Source: a bacterium | Lineage (GTDB): Bacteria > SAR324 > XYD2-FULL-50-16 > G965216635 | Reading direction: 5' to 3' | Length of the DNA: 64,000 nt | Assembly (NCBI GenBank): GCA_965216635.1 | Contig: OZ244188.1 | Location: 2,048,001-2,112,000 of the forward strand | Shown: one piece after another, positions 9,764-20,057 of the stretch | How the letters are laid out: each line of letters starts with the position of its first letter | Numbering within the stretch: the stretch's first letter is position 1 | Program-made: the position numbers and the translations under genes | The notes under the pieces: generated by a model | Seen by the model: the letters and a program-made list of their open reading frames with translations, nothing else | What the model was told of the DNA's origin: nothing | Database searches by the model: none

Positions 9764-10945
9764 ATGAAATCAAAAAAAATTTATCTAGACTATTCTGCTA
9801 CAACTCCCTTACTCCCAGAGATATTAGAAGAAATGGTAAAAGTAGCACCGTTGTTTGGCAACCCTTCTTCTATACATCAAATTGGACAAAAAAGCAACTC
9901 TCTTTTGGATCAATGTAGAGATAACATTTCTCATCTTTTGGGCTGCCAAAGTTCAGAGATTATTTTTACTGGAGGAGCAACCGAAAGTAATAATCTTATT
10001 CTACAAGGAATAGCTTTGCAAGCCAATAATAATTATGCAAAAGAAGAGATTCCGCATTTTATTATTTCTCCATTAGAGCACTCTTCTATCAGAGAAACAG
10101 CTTTTTTCTTAGAAAAATCTAAAAAAATTGAATTGAGCCTGCTCCCCGTAGACAAAACAGCTATTGTAAAACTAGAAGATATTGAGAAACTTATTAAAAA
10201 AAACACCCAGCTGATTAGCATTACAACTGCTAGCAGTGAAGTCGGCACCATTCAGCCTATAGCTGAAATAACTGCTTTAGCAAAGCAAAAAAATATTTTT
10301 TTTCATACAGACGCTGTGCAGTCTGTTGGCACAATGGGTTTGCGGTTTGGAGCTGGTAGCATAGGAAGAGAAAACTCTCCCGATTCAGTCACTCTTTCTT
10401 CTCATAAAATTTATGGACCCAAAGGTGTGGGTTTGCTCTATCTTAAAACAGATGCTTCTGTCGTTCCTATTAGTTACGGGGGGGGACAAGAAGGAGGTTA
10501 TCGTGCAGGCACTGAAAATTTAATGGGGATTTTGGGTTTTTCTAAAGCATTAGAGTATGTCTTTAGAGAAAAAGAAAACTATAAAAAACAAATGCAAGAA
10601 TTAAGTAATTTGTTGGATACAGAAATAGAAAAAAATATTCCAGAAGCTATACTTACAGGCGACAAAGAAAAAAGACTTTGCTTTCACAGAAATTATATTT
10701 TTCCGAACTGCTCTGCTGCGCAGTTGCTAATGCATTTAGATTTGAATGGAATTTGTGTTTCCAGCGGCAGTGCTTGTAGCAGTGGAAGAGCGGAGCCCAG
10801 TTTTGCTCTCACAAAAATGGGGTATTCTCCCGAGGAATCCTCTTGTTCTTTACGCATTAGTATGGGACTACAAAATAGTAAAGATGATATTTTATTTTTT
10901 GTAGATGCCCTTAAAAATTGCCTAAAAAGTTTAAGAGACTGTTAA
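9764..10945 (+). CDS. iscS: Cysteine desulfurase (IscS/NifS family)
   Basis: YLDYSATTP, HTDAVQ, SSHKIYGPKG and SSGSACSS motifs. Confidence 0.9.
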   Translation: MKSKKIYLDYSATTPLLPEILEEMVKVAPLFGNPSSIHQIGQKSNSLLDQCRDNISHLLGCQSSEIIFTGGATESNNLILQGIALQANNNYAKEEIPHFIISPLEHSSIRETAFFLEKSKKIELSLLPVDKTAIVKLEDIEKLIKKNTQLISITTASSEVGTIQPIAEITALAKQKNIFFHTDAVQSVGTMGLRFGAGSIGRENSPDSVTLSSHKIYGPKGVGLLYLKTDASVVPISYGGGQEGGYRAGTENLMGILGFSKALEYVFREKENYKKQMQELSNLLDTEIEKNIPEAILTGDKEKRLCFHRNYIFPNCSAAQLLMHLDLNGICVSSGSACSSGRAEPSFALTKMGYSPEESSCSLRISMGLQNSKDDILFFVDALKNCLKSLRDC

Positions 10946-11116
10946 TTAGGCGTTCTAGTTCGGCTAAACTAGACAAGCAAATTCAAAAGTCTATACAGTT
11001 ATATTTCTGTTTTATAAAGATAAAAATGGTAAATTTCTAAAATCAGCAAAAGAGATTTCTTTATTTTTAAAAATTATTCTAGTAGGTTAGATAGGAGGGC
11101 GGAATTTTATTTTTTG

Positions 11117-11331
11117 TAGATAACGATGTTGTTGTATTGACGTTCTGTTTGGCTTATGCTTTGTTGAAATTTTTTTTACACCTGTTCTAACCATTTGGCT
11201 AGCCGTCACAGCTGGTTTTGTCCTATTTGGCAAATTCAAAGGTCTATTGTAGAGTGTTTTTCACTACGATGTTCCTACGAGCTAAAATTTTTTTTCGCCT
11301 AGTCGTCATATAACTTCAACGCAATGCTCTT
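11117..11331. mobile_element. Adjacent or nested palindromic MITE copies
   Basis: TTGGCTAGCCGTCACAGCTGGTTTTGTCCTATTTGGCAAATTCAAAGGTCTA module also near 38761, 40662 and 57484. Confidence 0.75.
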
Positions 11332-11340
11332 ATAACTTAA

Positions 11341-12138
11341 ATGAATTCACAAAATATTTCCTATAAAAATTTCACTAATGGTGAAATTTATCAGCCTAAA
11401 GATATTCCTTGCGGTATTGATACAAAATCTTTCTGTGTAAGATTAGCAGAAACCAAAGAAGAATTGACTCAAGTGCAACAACTTCTCCACAAAACCTTTA
11501 GCTCAGATACCCACAAAATTAAGCAAGAATCCAGAGATAAATTTGCGCATCACCTTATAGCCTGCAAGAAAATAGATAACAAAGAGAAAATTGTGGGCAC
11601 TTTACGGTTGATTAACAAAGATTTTTTACCCCAAGAGCAAACATTTCGTTCTGAAGATTTTTTTAACATTCAAAATTTATTAACCGCTCATAAAAGAGCT
11701 CTTGAGCTTAGTCGTTTTTGTGTGGCTGATAGTCACCGTGATAAAGCTGTTTTACTGTTGCTTTGGAAGAGTGCTATTAAATATATTTTGTTTTTTGAAA
11801 TTCAAATTATGTTTGGGCTTGGAACTTTTCAAGGACAAAATGTAGAGACTCACACTGATATCCTTACTGCTTTGCATCACAACTATCGCGGAAAACCAGA
11901 ATGGATACCTCAGCCTGCATTAGCGGGTGCTATGCCTATAAGTAGTCTCAAGGGCAACCCTGATTTTGATAAACGTCAATTGCCTCCTGTAATGAAAGGT
12001 TACTTTAGTATGGGAGCTAGATTTGGTGACCATTACTACATAGTTCCAGAATTTGATGGTATTTTTCTATTTCTTTATGTGAAAATGGAGACTTTACACC
12101 AGTATCTTAAACAAGATGAGAAGAAACCTTCGCATTAG
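11341..12138 (+). CDS. olsB: GNAT N-acyltransferase, ornithine-lipid OlsB-like
   Basis: VRLA..E, IVGTLRL, ELSRFCV, LPPVMKGY..MGA; adjacent to an acyltransferase gene. Confidence 0.7.
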   Translation: MNSQNISYKNFTNGEIYQPKDIPCGIDTKSFCVRLAETKEELTQVQQLLHKTFSSDTHKIKQESRDKFAHHLIACKKIDNKEKIVGTLRLINKDFLPQEQTFRSEDFFNIQNLLTAHKRALELSRFCVADSHRDKAVLLLLWKSAIKYILFFEIQIMFGLGTFQGQNVETHTDILTALHHNYRGKPEWIPQPALAGAMPISSLKGNPDFDKRQLPPVMKGYFSMGARFGDHYYIVPEFDGIFLFLYVKMETLHQYLKQDEKKPSH

Positions 12139-12405
12139 CGTTCTGTTTAGTTTATGCTTTGTTGAAAATTTTTTTAACTCTTGCTGGTAGACAACAATAA
12201 ATCTACACCAAAAAAGTTGGCATTTTTTCATTCCATTTGTATAAACAATGCTAGGTTTGTAGTGCCCTGATCCCACTATTGAGGCACTACGGCATTAAAA
12301 AAATTTTTAATTCTTGCCATTTGTGAAGAAATGCTCTGCGGTATTCCTACAAGCTAAATTTTTTTTTCGCCTAGCCGTTATATAATGCTAATGTAAAAGG
12401 TCTCT
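12128..12405. mobile_element. Long palindromic MITE copy
   Basis: GTAGTGCCCTGATCCCACTATTGAGGCACTAC module shared with ~8757; TTGCCATTTGTGAAGAAATGCTC shared with 37353 and 40591. Confidence 0.7.
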
Positions 12406-12576
12406 AGAAAAATTAGTTGTCTCTGCGACAAACAACCAATTTTTGAAAGAAACAATCTGTTTTCTGGTCGTTTTTTAAATTGGATATTTCCCGTAATATA
12501 TAGTTCTAGAATTTAATGACATTTTTATATTTTTTCGTGTAGAATGAGAAACTTCAAACCAGCATCTTAGAAATTC

Positions 12577-13350
12577 ATGATAGAAACTTTTAAAAAAATC
12601 AGAGGAGGAACAAAACTAGCCTTGTTTTTTCTATGGACATTTTTTTTATTGTTAATTTTTTTTACTTTTGGTTCCTTTAGTCAGCAGATGAAAGTTCTTA
12701 TATCTCAGTGGTGGCACAGAGGATGTTTGAAAATTTTTAAAATTAAAGTAACTCTAGCGGGTCAGATTTCTTTTTATCCCAAAACTTTGTTTGTCGCCAA
12801 CCATGTGTCCTATCTAGATATAATCGCTATTGGTTCAAGATTAAAAGCAGCTTTTGTTGCTAGAGCAGAAGTGAGAGAAATACCTCTTTTTGGTTGGTTA
12901 AGCACACTGCAGAACACCATCTTCCTCCAGCGAGATAAAAGCAAAAACATCCAAACCCACTTAAAGGAATTAATTCGGCGATTAAACAAACCTAAATCTT
13001 TGGTTTTATTCCCCGAAGGAATTAGCACTGATGGGGCCGATGTGCTTTCTTTTAAATCCAGTCTGTTCGCAGTTACTCAATTTGTGAAAAACCTTCAGGT
13101 GCAACCTTTCTCTTTGCTTTATAAAGATAAAAATGGAAAATTTTTATCACCAACCAAAAGAGATTACTATGCTTTTTATCAAGGCATACCTTTTGGAAAA
13201 CATTTTTGGGATATGTGTTGTCAATCGGGAATTCAGATTCATTTAAAATTTCATTCTCCTATTAAAAATCTTGCTAGTATCAGCAGAAAAGATTTAGCTA
13301 CAGATTGTTATAAAAAGATTAAACAGGATGTATTGAATTTTTTGAAGTAG
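12577..13350 (+). CDS. Lysophospholipid / lyso-ornithine-lipid acyltransferase (PlsC/OlsA family)
   Basis: NHVSYLD (HxxxxD) and LFPEG motifs. Confidence 0.88.
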   Translation: MIETFKKIRGGTKLALFFLWTFFLLLIFFTFGSFSQQMKVLISQWWHRGCLKIFKIKVTLAGQISFYPKTLFVANHVSYLDIIAIGSRLKAAFVARAEVREIPLFGWLSTLQNTIFLQRDKSKNIQTHLKELIRRLNKPKSLVLFPEGISTDGADVLSFKSSLFAVTQFVKNLQVQPFSLLYKDKNGKFLSPTKRDYYAFYQGIPFGKHFWDMCCQSGIQIHLKFHSPIKNLASISRKDLATDCYKKIKQDVLNFLK

Positions 13351-13355
13351 ACAGT

Positions 13356-13375
13356 AGAGAGACGCTCTCTTTTTT
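13356..13375 (+). terminator. Intrinsic terminator
   Basis: AGAGAG-ACG-CTCTCT followed by a T-run just after the stop codon. Confidence 0.55.
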
Positions 13376-13438
13376 CATCAAATAGGCGTCTCATCAAACA
13401 GGCATCTCATCAAACAGGCGTCTCATCAAACAGGCGTT
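13375..13438. repeat. 4 x 16-bp tandem repeat (TCATCAAACAGGCGTC)
   Basis: Four head-to-tail copies with single substitutions, between convergent genes. Confidence 0.92.
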
Positions 13439-13445
13439 TCACCAC

Positions 13446-14462
13446 TTAAGAAAACAAAGCTTCTGCAAATAAATCAGGTTTAAAAGGTTGTAGCTGCTCT
13501 ATTTTTTCTCCTACACCGAGATAATACAAAGGCAATTCAAACTCATTGATTAACCCTATAATCACTCCGCCTTTGGAAGTTCCGTCTAATTTGGTGACTA
13601 TCAAACCATCTATGGCTATGGATTCTTGGAAAATTTTAACCTGCTTGACTGCGTTTTGTCCTGTAGAAGCATCCAAAATTAAAAAAGTCTGCTGGTTTTC
13701 AGGGATAAGTTTTTGCACTATTTTTTTCACTTTTATTAGCTCGTCCATTAAATTTTTATTGGTGTGCAATCTACCAGAAGTATCACAAAGTAAAATATCG
13801 TGTTTTTCTTTAAGGGCTTTTTCTGTAGCTTGGTAGATGACAGCTGCAGAATCAGAACCAGTTTCTTTTGCAAAAAAATCACTCTTTGATCTGTTAGCCC
13901 AAATTTCTAATTGCTCTATGGCAGCGGCTCTAAAAGTATCCCCTGCAGCAATTAGTACTTTTTTATTTTCTTGAGCGAAAATACTCGCCATTTTTCCAAT
14001 AGTAGTAGTTTTACCTACGCCGTTGACTCCTACAAATAAAATTAAGTTTGTTTTTCCTTTTTTAAAGGACAGAGGTTTTTGGTGGACACTCAAAATTTGG
14101 GTTATAATTTTTCGTAGTTCGTTAAAGGTTTGTTTTTTATTTTTTATTTTTCCCTTAGCGTAAAGATCTTCTAGTTTGGCTAAAATTCTTCGTGTGGTAG
14201 GCACCCCTATATCTGCTGTAAGCAATGTTTCTTCAATCTCGTCAAAAAGTATTTCGTCTAGCTCCTCGTCTCCGAGTAGGGCTTCTTTTAAATCATCTAC
14301 GAAAATTTCTTTGGTTTTCTTTAGACCCGATTTGAACTTGCCTAAAATTCCTTGTTTCTTTTTTGCAGATGCTAGTTGCCCAGATGGTAAAAATAGCTCT
14401 TTTTTTAGATTTTGGTCTTCTTTATAAAGTTTTGTATTTTCTTGATTTTTTTCTGTTTCCAT
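13446..14462 (-). CDS. ftsY: SRP receptor FtsY
   Basis: GVNGVGKTTTIGK, DTFRAAA, DTSGRLH and TKLDGTSKGG motifs. Confidence 0.96.
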   Translation of the reverse strand: METEKNQENTKLYKEDQNLKKELFLPSGQLASAKKKQGILGKFKSGLKKTKEIFVDDLKEALLGDEELDEILFDEIEETLLTADIGVPTTRRILAKLEDLYAKGKIKNKKQTFNELRKIITQILSVHQKPLSFKKGKTNLILFVGVNGVGKTTTIGKMASIFAQENKKVLIAAGDTFRAAAIEQLEIWANRSKSDFFAKETGSDSAAVIYQATEKALKEKHDILLCDTSGRLHTNKNLMDELIKVKKIVQKLIPENQQTFLILDASTGQNAVKQVKIFQESIAIDGLIVTKLDGTSKGGVIIGLINEFELPLYYLGVGEKIEQLQPFKPDLFAEALFS

Positions 14463-14498
14463 TTTATTTTGAAGTAGTTTAATTAAGTAGGTTCAAAC

Positions 14499-14535
14499 TT
14501 AAAAATAAAATTCTTTGTGAAAAATTACAACCCCC
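14499..14535 (+). repeat. 37-bp direct repeat of the valS 5' end (second copy 15680..15716)
   Basis: TTAAAAATAAAATTCTTTGTGAAAAATTACAACCCCC at both positions. Confidence 0.95.
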
Positions 14536-14638
14536 ATTCTACTGATTTGATTTGTTCTCCTTTAATTTTTCTCTTTTTTAGATTATACAATGAATTGTAA
14601 GGCAGTACTGCCTTAATAACTAATAGTTAACTGTCGTA

Positions 14639-15607
14639 ATGAGTGAGTGCTTGTATCAAAAAGTAGACGATTTTAAAAAACAGGTTACAGAAGATCTTCG
14701 TTCAAATTCTCTGGCGTACTATGAGATAGGCATTGGCATATTTCATAAATCAAGAATGAAAAACAAGGGTGAGTTTCAACCAGCAATCGGAAATCTAGCA
14801 ATCAGTGTTGAATTACTTTTAAAGTCAGTTATTGCACACAAAGCAATTAAGATGCTTTATCAATGTCTATCGCATGAAGCTCAACTGCTTTTATGCTATC
14901 CAGAAAGTTTACCAGAAAATTATAAATCTGATTTTTTGCTGAACGAACTAAAGAATTTTCGTTCTAAGTTTAAAACTATACAGATAGATGAAGCTGTTTC
15001 TCTTTTTTGTTTTTTCTACCCAGAGTTAAAGAAAGAATACAAACAGTTTTTTTCGTTACTAACAAGTATTAGAAACATTAGTGTGCATGCATCTGTACAA
15101 AATCACCAATGGTATAAGCTAGAGCATACTGCTTTCTTCTCAACAAAGTTATTTCAAGCTGTTGAAGAGCTAAATATTTTTAGCTCCATTTCTTTTTATA
15201 TTTCAAAAGAAACAGAGGATTTTCTCCTGCATTATGAGGATGGAAAGGTTACGAAAGTTAGGGATGCATTAAAAAAAGCTACTGAAGTTACCGAAAAAGG
15301 AGATCTATCTGAGCCTAGCTACTCCACGGATGACTGGAATGAGATGAATCAAACTTGCCCAATCTGCAATCGTAATGGAATATATATAGGAGAAACAGAA
15401 GAAGATGGGGACGGAGATGAAGAAAATGGAATGCCTCTTACTTTTCAATGTGAGAGTTATTTTTGCAAAGCGTGTGGTTTGAAGCTTGAGGATTATAAAG
15501 AACTGAAGCTTGCAAATATGGAAACTTCTGTTGACCGTAGTGATGAAATTAATCAATGGTTAATAGACGGGCATGATTTTGACACCTACTATGATGATAT
15601 AAGATAG
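14639..15607 (+). CDS. Hypothetical protein with HEPN-like RxxxxH motif and C-terminal zinc ribbon; gene-cassette-like
   Basis: ELLLK and RNISVH motifs, CPIC/CKAC cysteine pairs; bounded by GTTAACTGT and ACAGTTAAC. Confidence 0.6.
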   Translation: MSECLYQKVDDFKKQVTEDLRSNSLAYYEIGIGIFHKSRMKNKGEFQPAIGNLAISVELLLKSVIAHKAIKMLYQCLSHEAQLLLCYPESLPENYKSDFLLNELKNFRSKFKTIQIDEAVSLFCFFYPELKKEYKQFFSLLTSIRNISVHASVQNHQWYKLEHTAFFSTKLFQAVEELNIFSSISFYISKETEDFLLHYEDGKVTKVRDALKKATEVTEKGDLSEPSYSTDDWNEMNQTCPICNRNGIYIGETEEDGDGDEENGMPLTFQCESYFCKACGLKLEDYKELKLANMETSVDRSDEINQWLIDGHDFDTYYDDIR

Positions 15608-15697
15608 TAACAGTTAACAAGATTAGCTAAAGAGACATACTATTTTAGTAATGGTGTTTATCTGTCTTTCTATGCTTCATTAAAAATAAAATTCTTT

Positions 15698-18382
15698 GTG
15701 AAAAATTACAACCCCCGTTCTTTTGAAGAGAAGATTTATCAACTTTGGGAAGAAAAAAAACAATTCAACCCAGACCAATCTAGTGAATCGGAAACTTTTA
15801 GTATAGTCATTCCTCCTCCGAATGTAACAGGTTATCTTCATATAGGACACGCTCTAGTCAATAGTCTCCAAGATATTTTAGTTCGTCGCAAAAGAATGCA
15901 GGGCTATAAAACTCTTTGGTTGCCCGGTACAGATCATGCGGGCATTTCTACCCAAATTGTTGTAGAAAAAGATTTGCTAAAAAAAGGCATAAAAAGAAAA
16001 GAATTGGGCAAAGAAAAATTTGTCCAACTGGTTTGGGAGTGGAAAGAAAAACACGGCAATCAAATTTATAAGCAACTCAAGAGACTTGGGGCATCGTTGG
16101 ATTGGAGTAGAGAAAAATTTACTTTAGACGAGAGTTTGTCTCAAGCGGTACGAAAATCCTTTGTAAGTCTTTATAATGAAGGTTTAATTTACCGCGCTGA
16201 ATATTTGGTGCATTGGTGTCCCAAGGATAGAACAGCTTTGTCTGATTTAGAAGTAGATTTTTTGGAAATAAAGGGAGAATTGACGCAGATCCGTTATCCA
16301 CTAGTAGCTGAAAAAGGATTTATTGAGATTGCAACCACTCGCCCCGAAACTCTTTTGGGAGATACTGCTATTGTTGTGCATCCTGAGGACAAAAGATACA
16401 AAAACCTAATTGGGAAAAAGGCTTTGGTGCCTTTGGTAAAAAGAGAAATTTGTATTATTGCCGATGAATCCTGCGACCCAGAATTTGGTACTGGAGCGGT
16501 AAAAATCACTCCCGCACACGACCCGAATGATTTTCTTTTGGGTAAAAAATACTCATTAGAATTTATCAATATTTTTGACGAAACTGCAAAAATAAACTCG
16601 GTTTATCCCGATTTGAAGGGAGTGGATAGATTTGAAGCTCGCAAAAAAATTATAGAAATTTTGAAAAAAGAAGGTTTGTGGGTGAGTTCTAAAACACATA
16701 TTCATAGCGTAGGGCATAGTCAGAGAAGTAAAACTGTGATTGAGCCGAGGATTTCTACACAGTGGTTTTGCAAAATGGATGCAATGGCTCAAGCTGCCTT
16801 AAAAGAAGTAGATAAAAAAAAAGTGCAGTTTTTTCCAGTATCCCAAGAAAAAATTTTTCGTGAATGGTTAGGCAATATTCAAGATTGGTGTCTATCGCGT
16901 CAGCTTTGGTGGGGACATCCCATTCCTGCTTGGCATTGTAACGAATGCGGTGAAATTTCTGTTTCTGAGAAAGAAATTAAAAAATGCCAAAAATGCGATT
17001 CTTCAAAAATCACTCCTGATCCAGATGTTTTAGATACTTGGTTTAGCTCTGGGTTGTTTCCTTTTTCTACTATGGGATGGCCCAACGAAAAAGTAGTAGA
17101 TTTTAAAAATTTTTATCCTAATTCAGTTTTGGTTACGGGCTACGATATTCTTTTTTTCTGGGTGGCGCGTATGATTATGCTAGGAATCAAACTCACAAAA
17201 CAAGTTCCTTTTCCCGAAGTTTTTTTACATGGTTTGGTTAGAGATGAAAAAGGAGAAAAAATGTCTAAGACTAAAGGCAATGTAATTGACCCTTTAGAAA
17301 TTATTGAAAAACACGGAGCTGATGCTTTACGGTTTTCTCTTTGCAAATTAACAATAGGAGTGAAAGATTTAAAATTGCCTGAGCAAGAGATTATCCAATC
17401 CAAATATTTTATTAACAAACTCTGGAACGCTACCAAGTTTGTGCTTTTTCACCTAGAGAAAAATCAAATCACAGATGGAGACCCCCTTTTGCTTAAAAAA
17501 CCAGAAAAACTAGATATGGCTAGTGGTTGGATTATAGAAGAACTTAAACAATTAGTAGTAAATTATAATGATCAACTAGACCAGTATCGATTTTTTGAAG
17601 TAGCTAAACTGCTTTATAATTTTATCTGGGGAAATTTTTGTGATTGGTATATTGAAAGCACTAAGCCTATGCTTTTTGACAAGCTGGGCGAAGAGAAAAA
17701 ACAATCGGCTTTATTTACTTTGTGTTTTGTTTTGGAGCAGAGTTTAAAATTACTGCACCCGATTTGTCCTTTTGTGAGCGAAAAGCTGTGGCGAGAATTA
17801 CCCACAACCGCGGGTTTTTTGATGACGCAAAAATTTCCTATAGGAGAAACCCCGATAACTCAATATATACTGAGCGATACAAATGAGCACGCGAGATTTT
17901 TTGAAGGATTGGAAGTATTAATCAATACAATTCGTACAGTACAAGGAGAAAATCATTTAAAACAAAAAACAGATTTTTTCTTATTTATTAAATCTGACTC
18001 AGAAGATTTTATTATTAAAAATTTAGAAAATAAAATAAAAGAATATGAACCTATGTTTCTTCATCTATCCAATCTTAATCATATAGAATTTAAGAAATTA
18101 GAAGAATTTGAAGATGCCGAAAAAGAAGGTTATGCTATTTTTCAAGGAAGAGAATATGCTTTTACGCTAAAATTACTCAGTAAAAACATAACTGGTGAAA
18201 AAAAAAGATTAGAATCACAACTAGCTAATTTCAATAAAAGGAAAGAGCATCTAGAAACCAAACTCAAAAACCCTTCTTTTGTAGCAAAAGCTCCTTATTA
18301 TCTTGTGCAAAACAATGAAAAAGAAGTTTCTGATTTAAAAACACGGATACAAAAAACCGAACAGCAACTCAAAGAATTATGA
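15698..18382 (+). CDS. valS: Valine--tRNA ligase
   Basis: PPPNVTGYLHIGH, DWCLSRQLWWGH, KMSKT motifs and C-terminal coiled coil. Confidence 0.97.
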   Translation: MKNYNPRSFEEKIYQLWEEKKQFNPDQSSESETFSIVIPPPNVTGYLHIGHALVNSLQDILVRRKRMQGYKTLWLPGTDHAGISTQIVVEKDLLKKGIKRKELGKEKFVQLVWEWKEKHGNQIYKQLKRLGASLDWSREKFTLDESLSQAVRKSFVSLYNEGLIYRAEYLVHWCPKDRTALSDLEVDFLEIKGELTQIRYPLVAEKGFIEIATTRPETLLGDTAIVVHPEDKRYKNLIGKKALVPLVKREICIIADESCDPEFGTGAVKITPAHDPNDFLLGKKYSLEFINIFDETAKINSVYPDLKGVDRFEARKKIIEILKKEGLWVSSKTHIHSVGHSQRSKTVIEPRISTQWFCKMDAMAQAALKEVDKKKVQFFPVSQEKIFREWLGNIQDWCLSRQLWWGHPIPAWHCNECGEISVSEKEIKKCQKCDSSKITPDPDVLDTWFSSGLFPFSTMGWPNEKVVDFKNFYPNSVLVTGYDILFFWVARMIMLGIKLTKQVPFPEVFLHGLVRDEKGEKMSKTKGNVIDPLEIIEKHGADALRFSLCKLTIGVKDLKLPEQEIIQSKYFINKLWNATKFVLFHLEKNQITDGDPLLLKKPEKLDMASGWIIEELKQLVVNYNDQLDQYRFFEVAKLLYNFIWGNFCDWYIESTKPMLFDKLGEEKKQSALFTLCFVLEQSLKLLHPICPFVSEKLWRELPTTAGFLMTQKFPIGETPITQYILSDTNEHARFFEGLEVLINTIRTVQGENHLKQKTDFFLFIKSDSEDFIIKNLENKIKEYEPMFLHLSNLNHIEFKKLEEFEDAEKEGYAIFQGREYAFTLKLLSKNITGEKKRLESQLANFNKRKEHLETKLKNPSFVAKAPYYLVQNNEKEVSDLKTRIQKTEQQLKEL

Positions 18383-18504
18383 TTGACGAAAAAAATTTTT
18401 CACTCCTTTTAGAAAGATTGGCTTTTGAAAAACAAGGGAATATTTTTAGTAAATTTTTCAAAGAAGCTGAACTAAAAGTTGATTTTGAAAACAAACTTGT
18501 ATTA

Positions 18505-18713
18505 GATAGGTATTTACTCCCATATTTTCTCCTACTATTTTTCCTATAACCGCCCCTGCTGTACCTGATACACATTTTCCAGCCTTACTGCTCCTACTGC
18601 ACAGCCTAGCAATGCGTGGGATGTTTTATGAGTAAGATAAGTGCTGACGCTATTTGCTTCTAGTCCTTTGCTTTCCCAAGCATCTTGTTTTCTATTTTCA
18701 TAATATTTTTCTT
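18505..18713 (-). pseudogene. Orphan frameshifted fragment of the TpsA pre-toxin region
   Basis: Reads YLTHKTSHALLGCAVGAV/AGKCVSGTAGAVIGKIVGENMG versus YLGHKAAHAGLGCAVGIWKAGDCKSGAFGGVAGEIVGEAVG in the large TpsA. Confidence 0.8.
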
Positions 18714-18734
18714 CTGTGAATACAACTACTATGG

Positions 18735-19307
18735 TTATTTATTGGGGTCTATGCGATTAAAATGATAATCATGATAACCATCATATTCACTAACTTTCCC
18801 TCCCCATCTATAATATTGGGGTTCTCCTTTGCGTAAAACAAATATTTTTCTTATGACAGAGTGTTCTTCACTTTTAAATGAAGATAATCCGCGTGAAAGA
18901 GCTAACACTATTGTTCTCTCTTTTTTGCCATTGAGTGGAATATGCATTAATATTTTTTCTCTATGTGCGGGGCAACCTACAATTCTACTAACATCTCTTT
19001 TCATCAGACTGTAATTATAAGAACCGTATTCTGTTCTAGATTCGCGATATTTTTTAATATCTAAAAGAGGATCATCCTCCAAAGATTTTAAAAGATAAAT
19101 ACAGTTTCTATTCTTTAGATTCACATATTTATCTCTTACCAAAACCAATAGGACTGTATCTGAAGTCTTTTCTTTAAACATTCTTTGGTTTTGAGTTGTT
19201 TTAGCTTTTTGGTAAGGAACGGCAATATACCAAATATCACTACTACAACCTATTAAAAATAAAGAAACGGTTAATAATACTAGGCGATGGAATAATTTAA
19301 ATTTCAT
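18735..19307 (-). CDS. Putative lipoprotein, candidate immunity protein (copy 1)
   Basis: Lipobox LIG-C; near-identical to 19500..20057; follows a toxin-tail-like fragment. Confidence 0.65.
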   Translation of the reverse strand: MKFKLFHRLVLLTVSLFLIGCSSDIWYIAVPYQKAKTTQNQRMFKEKTSDTVLLVLVRDKYVNLKNRNCIYLLKSLEDDPLLDIKKYRESRTEYGSYNYSLMKRDVSRIVGCPAHREKILMHIPLNGKKERTIVLALSRGLSSFKSEEHSVIRKIFVLRKGEPQYYRWGGKVSEYDGYHDYHFNRIDPNK

Positions 19308-19499
19308 TGTATTTTTATATTTTAAATTTAGTTATTCGGTAAAACTCCAGTAGAACGAAGATAATCTTCTGTATAATTACTTGGTTGAGTAAATTCATGG
19401 TTTTCATCGTTTTCTTCTTTAGGAGGAGAAATTTGGTTAAATAAGCGATCTACCCCCCAACCTATATATTTTTCAATACTGTGAATACAACTACTATGG

Positions 19500-20057
19500 T
19501 TATTTATTGGGGTCTATGCGATTAAAATAATAATCATGGGTTTCACTAATTCTCCCTCCCCATCTATAATATTGAGGTTCTCCTTTGCGTAAAACAAATA
19601 TTTTTCTTATGACAGATTGTTCTTCACTTTTAGATAATCCGCGTGAAAGAGCTAACACTATTGTTCTTTCTTTTTTGCCATTGAGTGGAATATGCATTAA
19701 TATTTTTTCTCTATTTTCGGGGCAACCTACAATTCTACTAACATCTTTTTTCATCTTACTGTAACGATAAGAACCGTATTCTGTTCTAGATTTGCGATAT
19801 TTTTTAATATCTAAAAGAAGATCATCCTCCAAAGATTTTAAAAGATAAATACAGTTTCTATACTTTAGATTCAAGTATTTATCTCTTACCAAAACCAATA
19901 GGACTGTATCTGAAGTTTTTTCTTTAAACATTCTTTGGTTTTGAGTTGTTTTAGCTTTTTGGTAAGGAACGGCAATATACCAAATCTCACTACTACAACC
20001 TATTAAAAATAAAGAAACGGTTAATAATACTAGGCGATGGAATAATTTGAATTTCAT
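19500..20057 (-). CDS. Putative lipoprotein, candidate immunity protein (copy 2)
   Basis: Lipobox LIG-C; part of duplication 18714..19463 / 19479..20213. Confidence 0.65.
   Translation of the reverse strand: MKFKLFHRLVLLTVSLFLIGCSSEIWYIAVPYQKAKTTQNQRMFKEKTSDTVLLVLVRDKYLNLKYRNCIYLLKSLEDDLLLDIKKYRKSRTEYGSYRYSKMKKDVSRIVGCPENREKILMHIPLNGKKERTIVLALSRGLSKSEEQSVIRKIFVLRKGEPQYYRWGGRISETHDYYFNRIDPNK

Noticed and set aside
14598..15680. Complete integron
   Set aside because: No integrase, attI or multi-cassette array; only solitary cassette-like boundaries.
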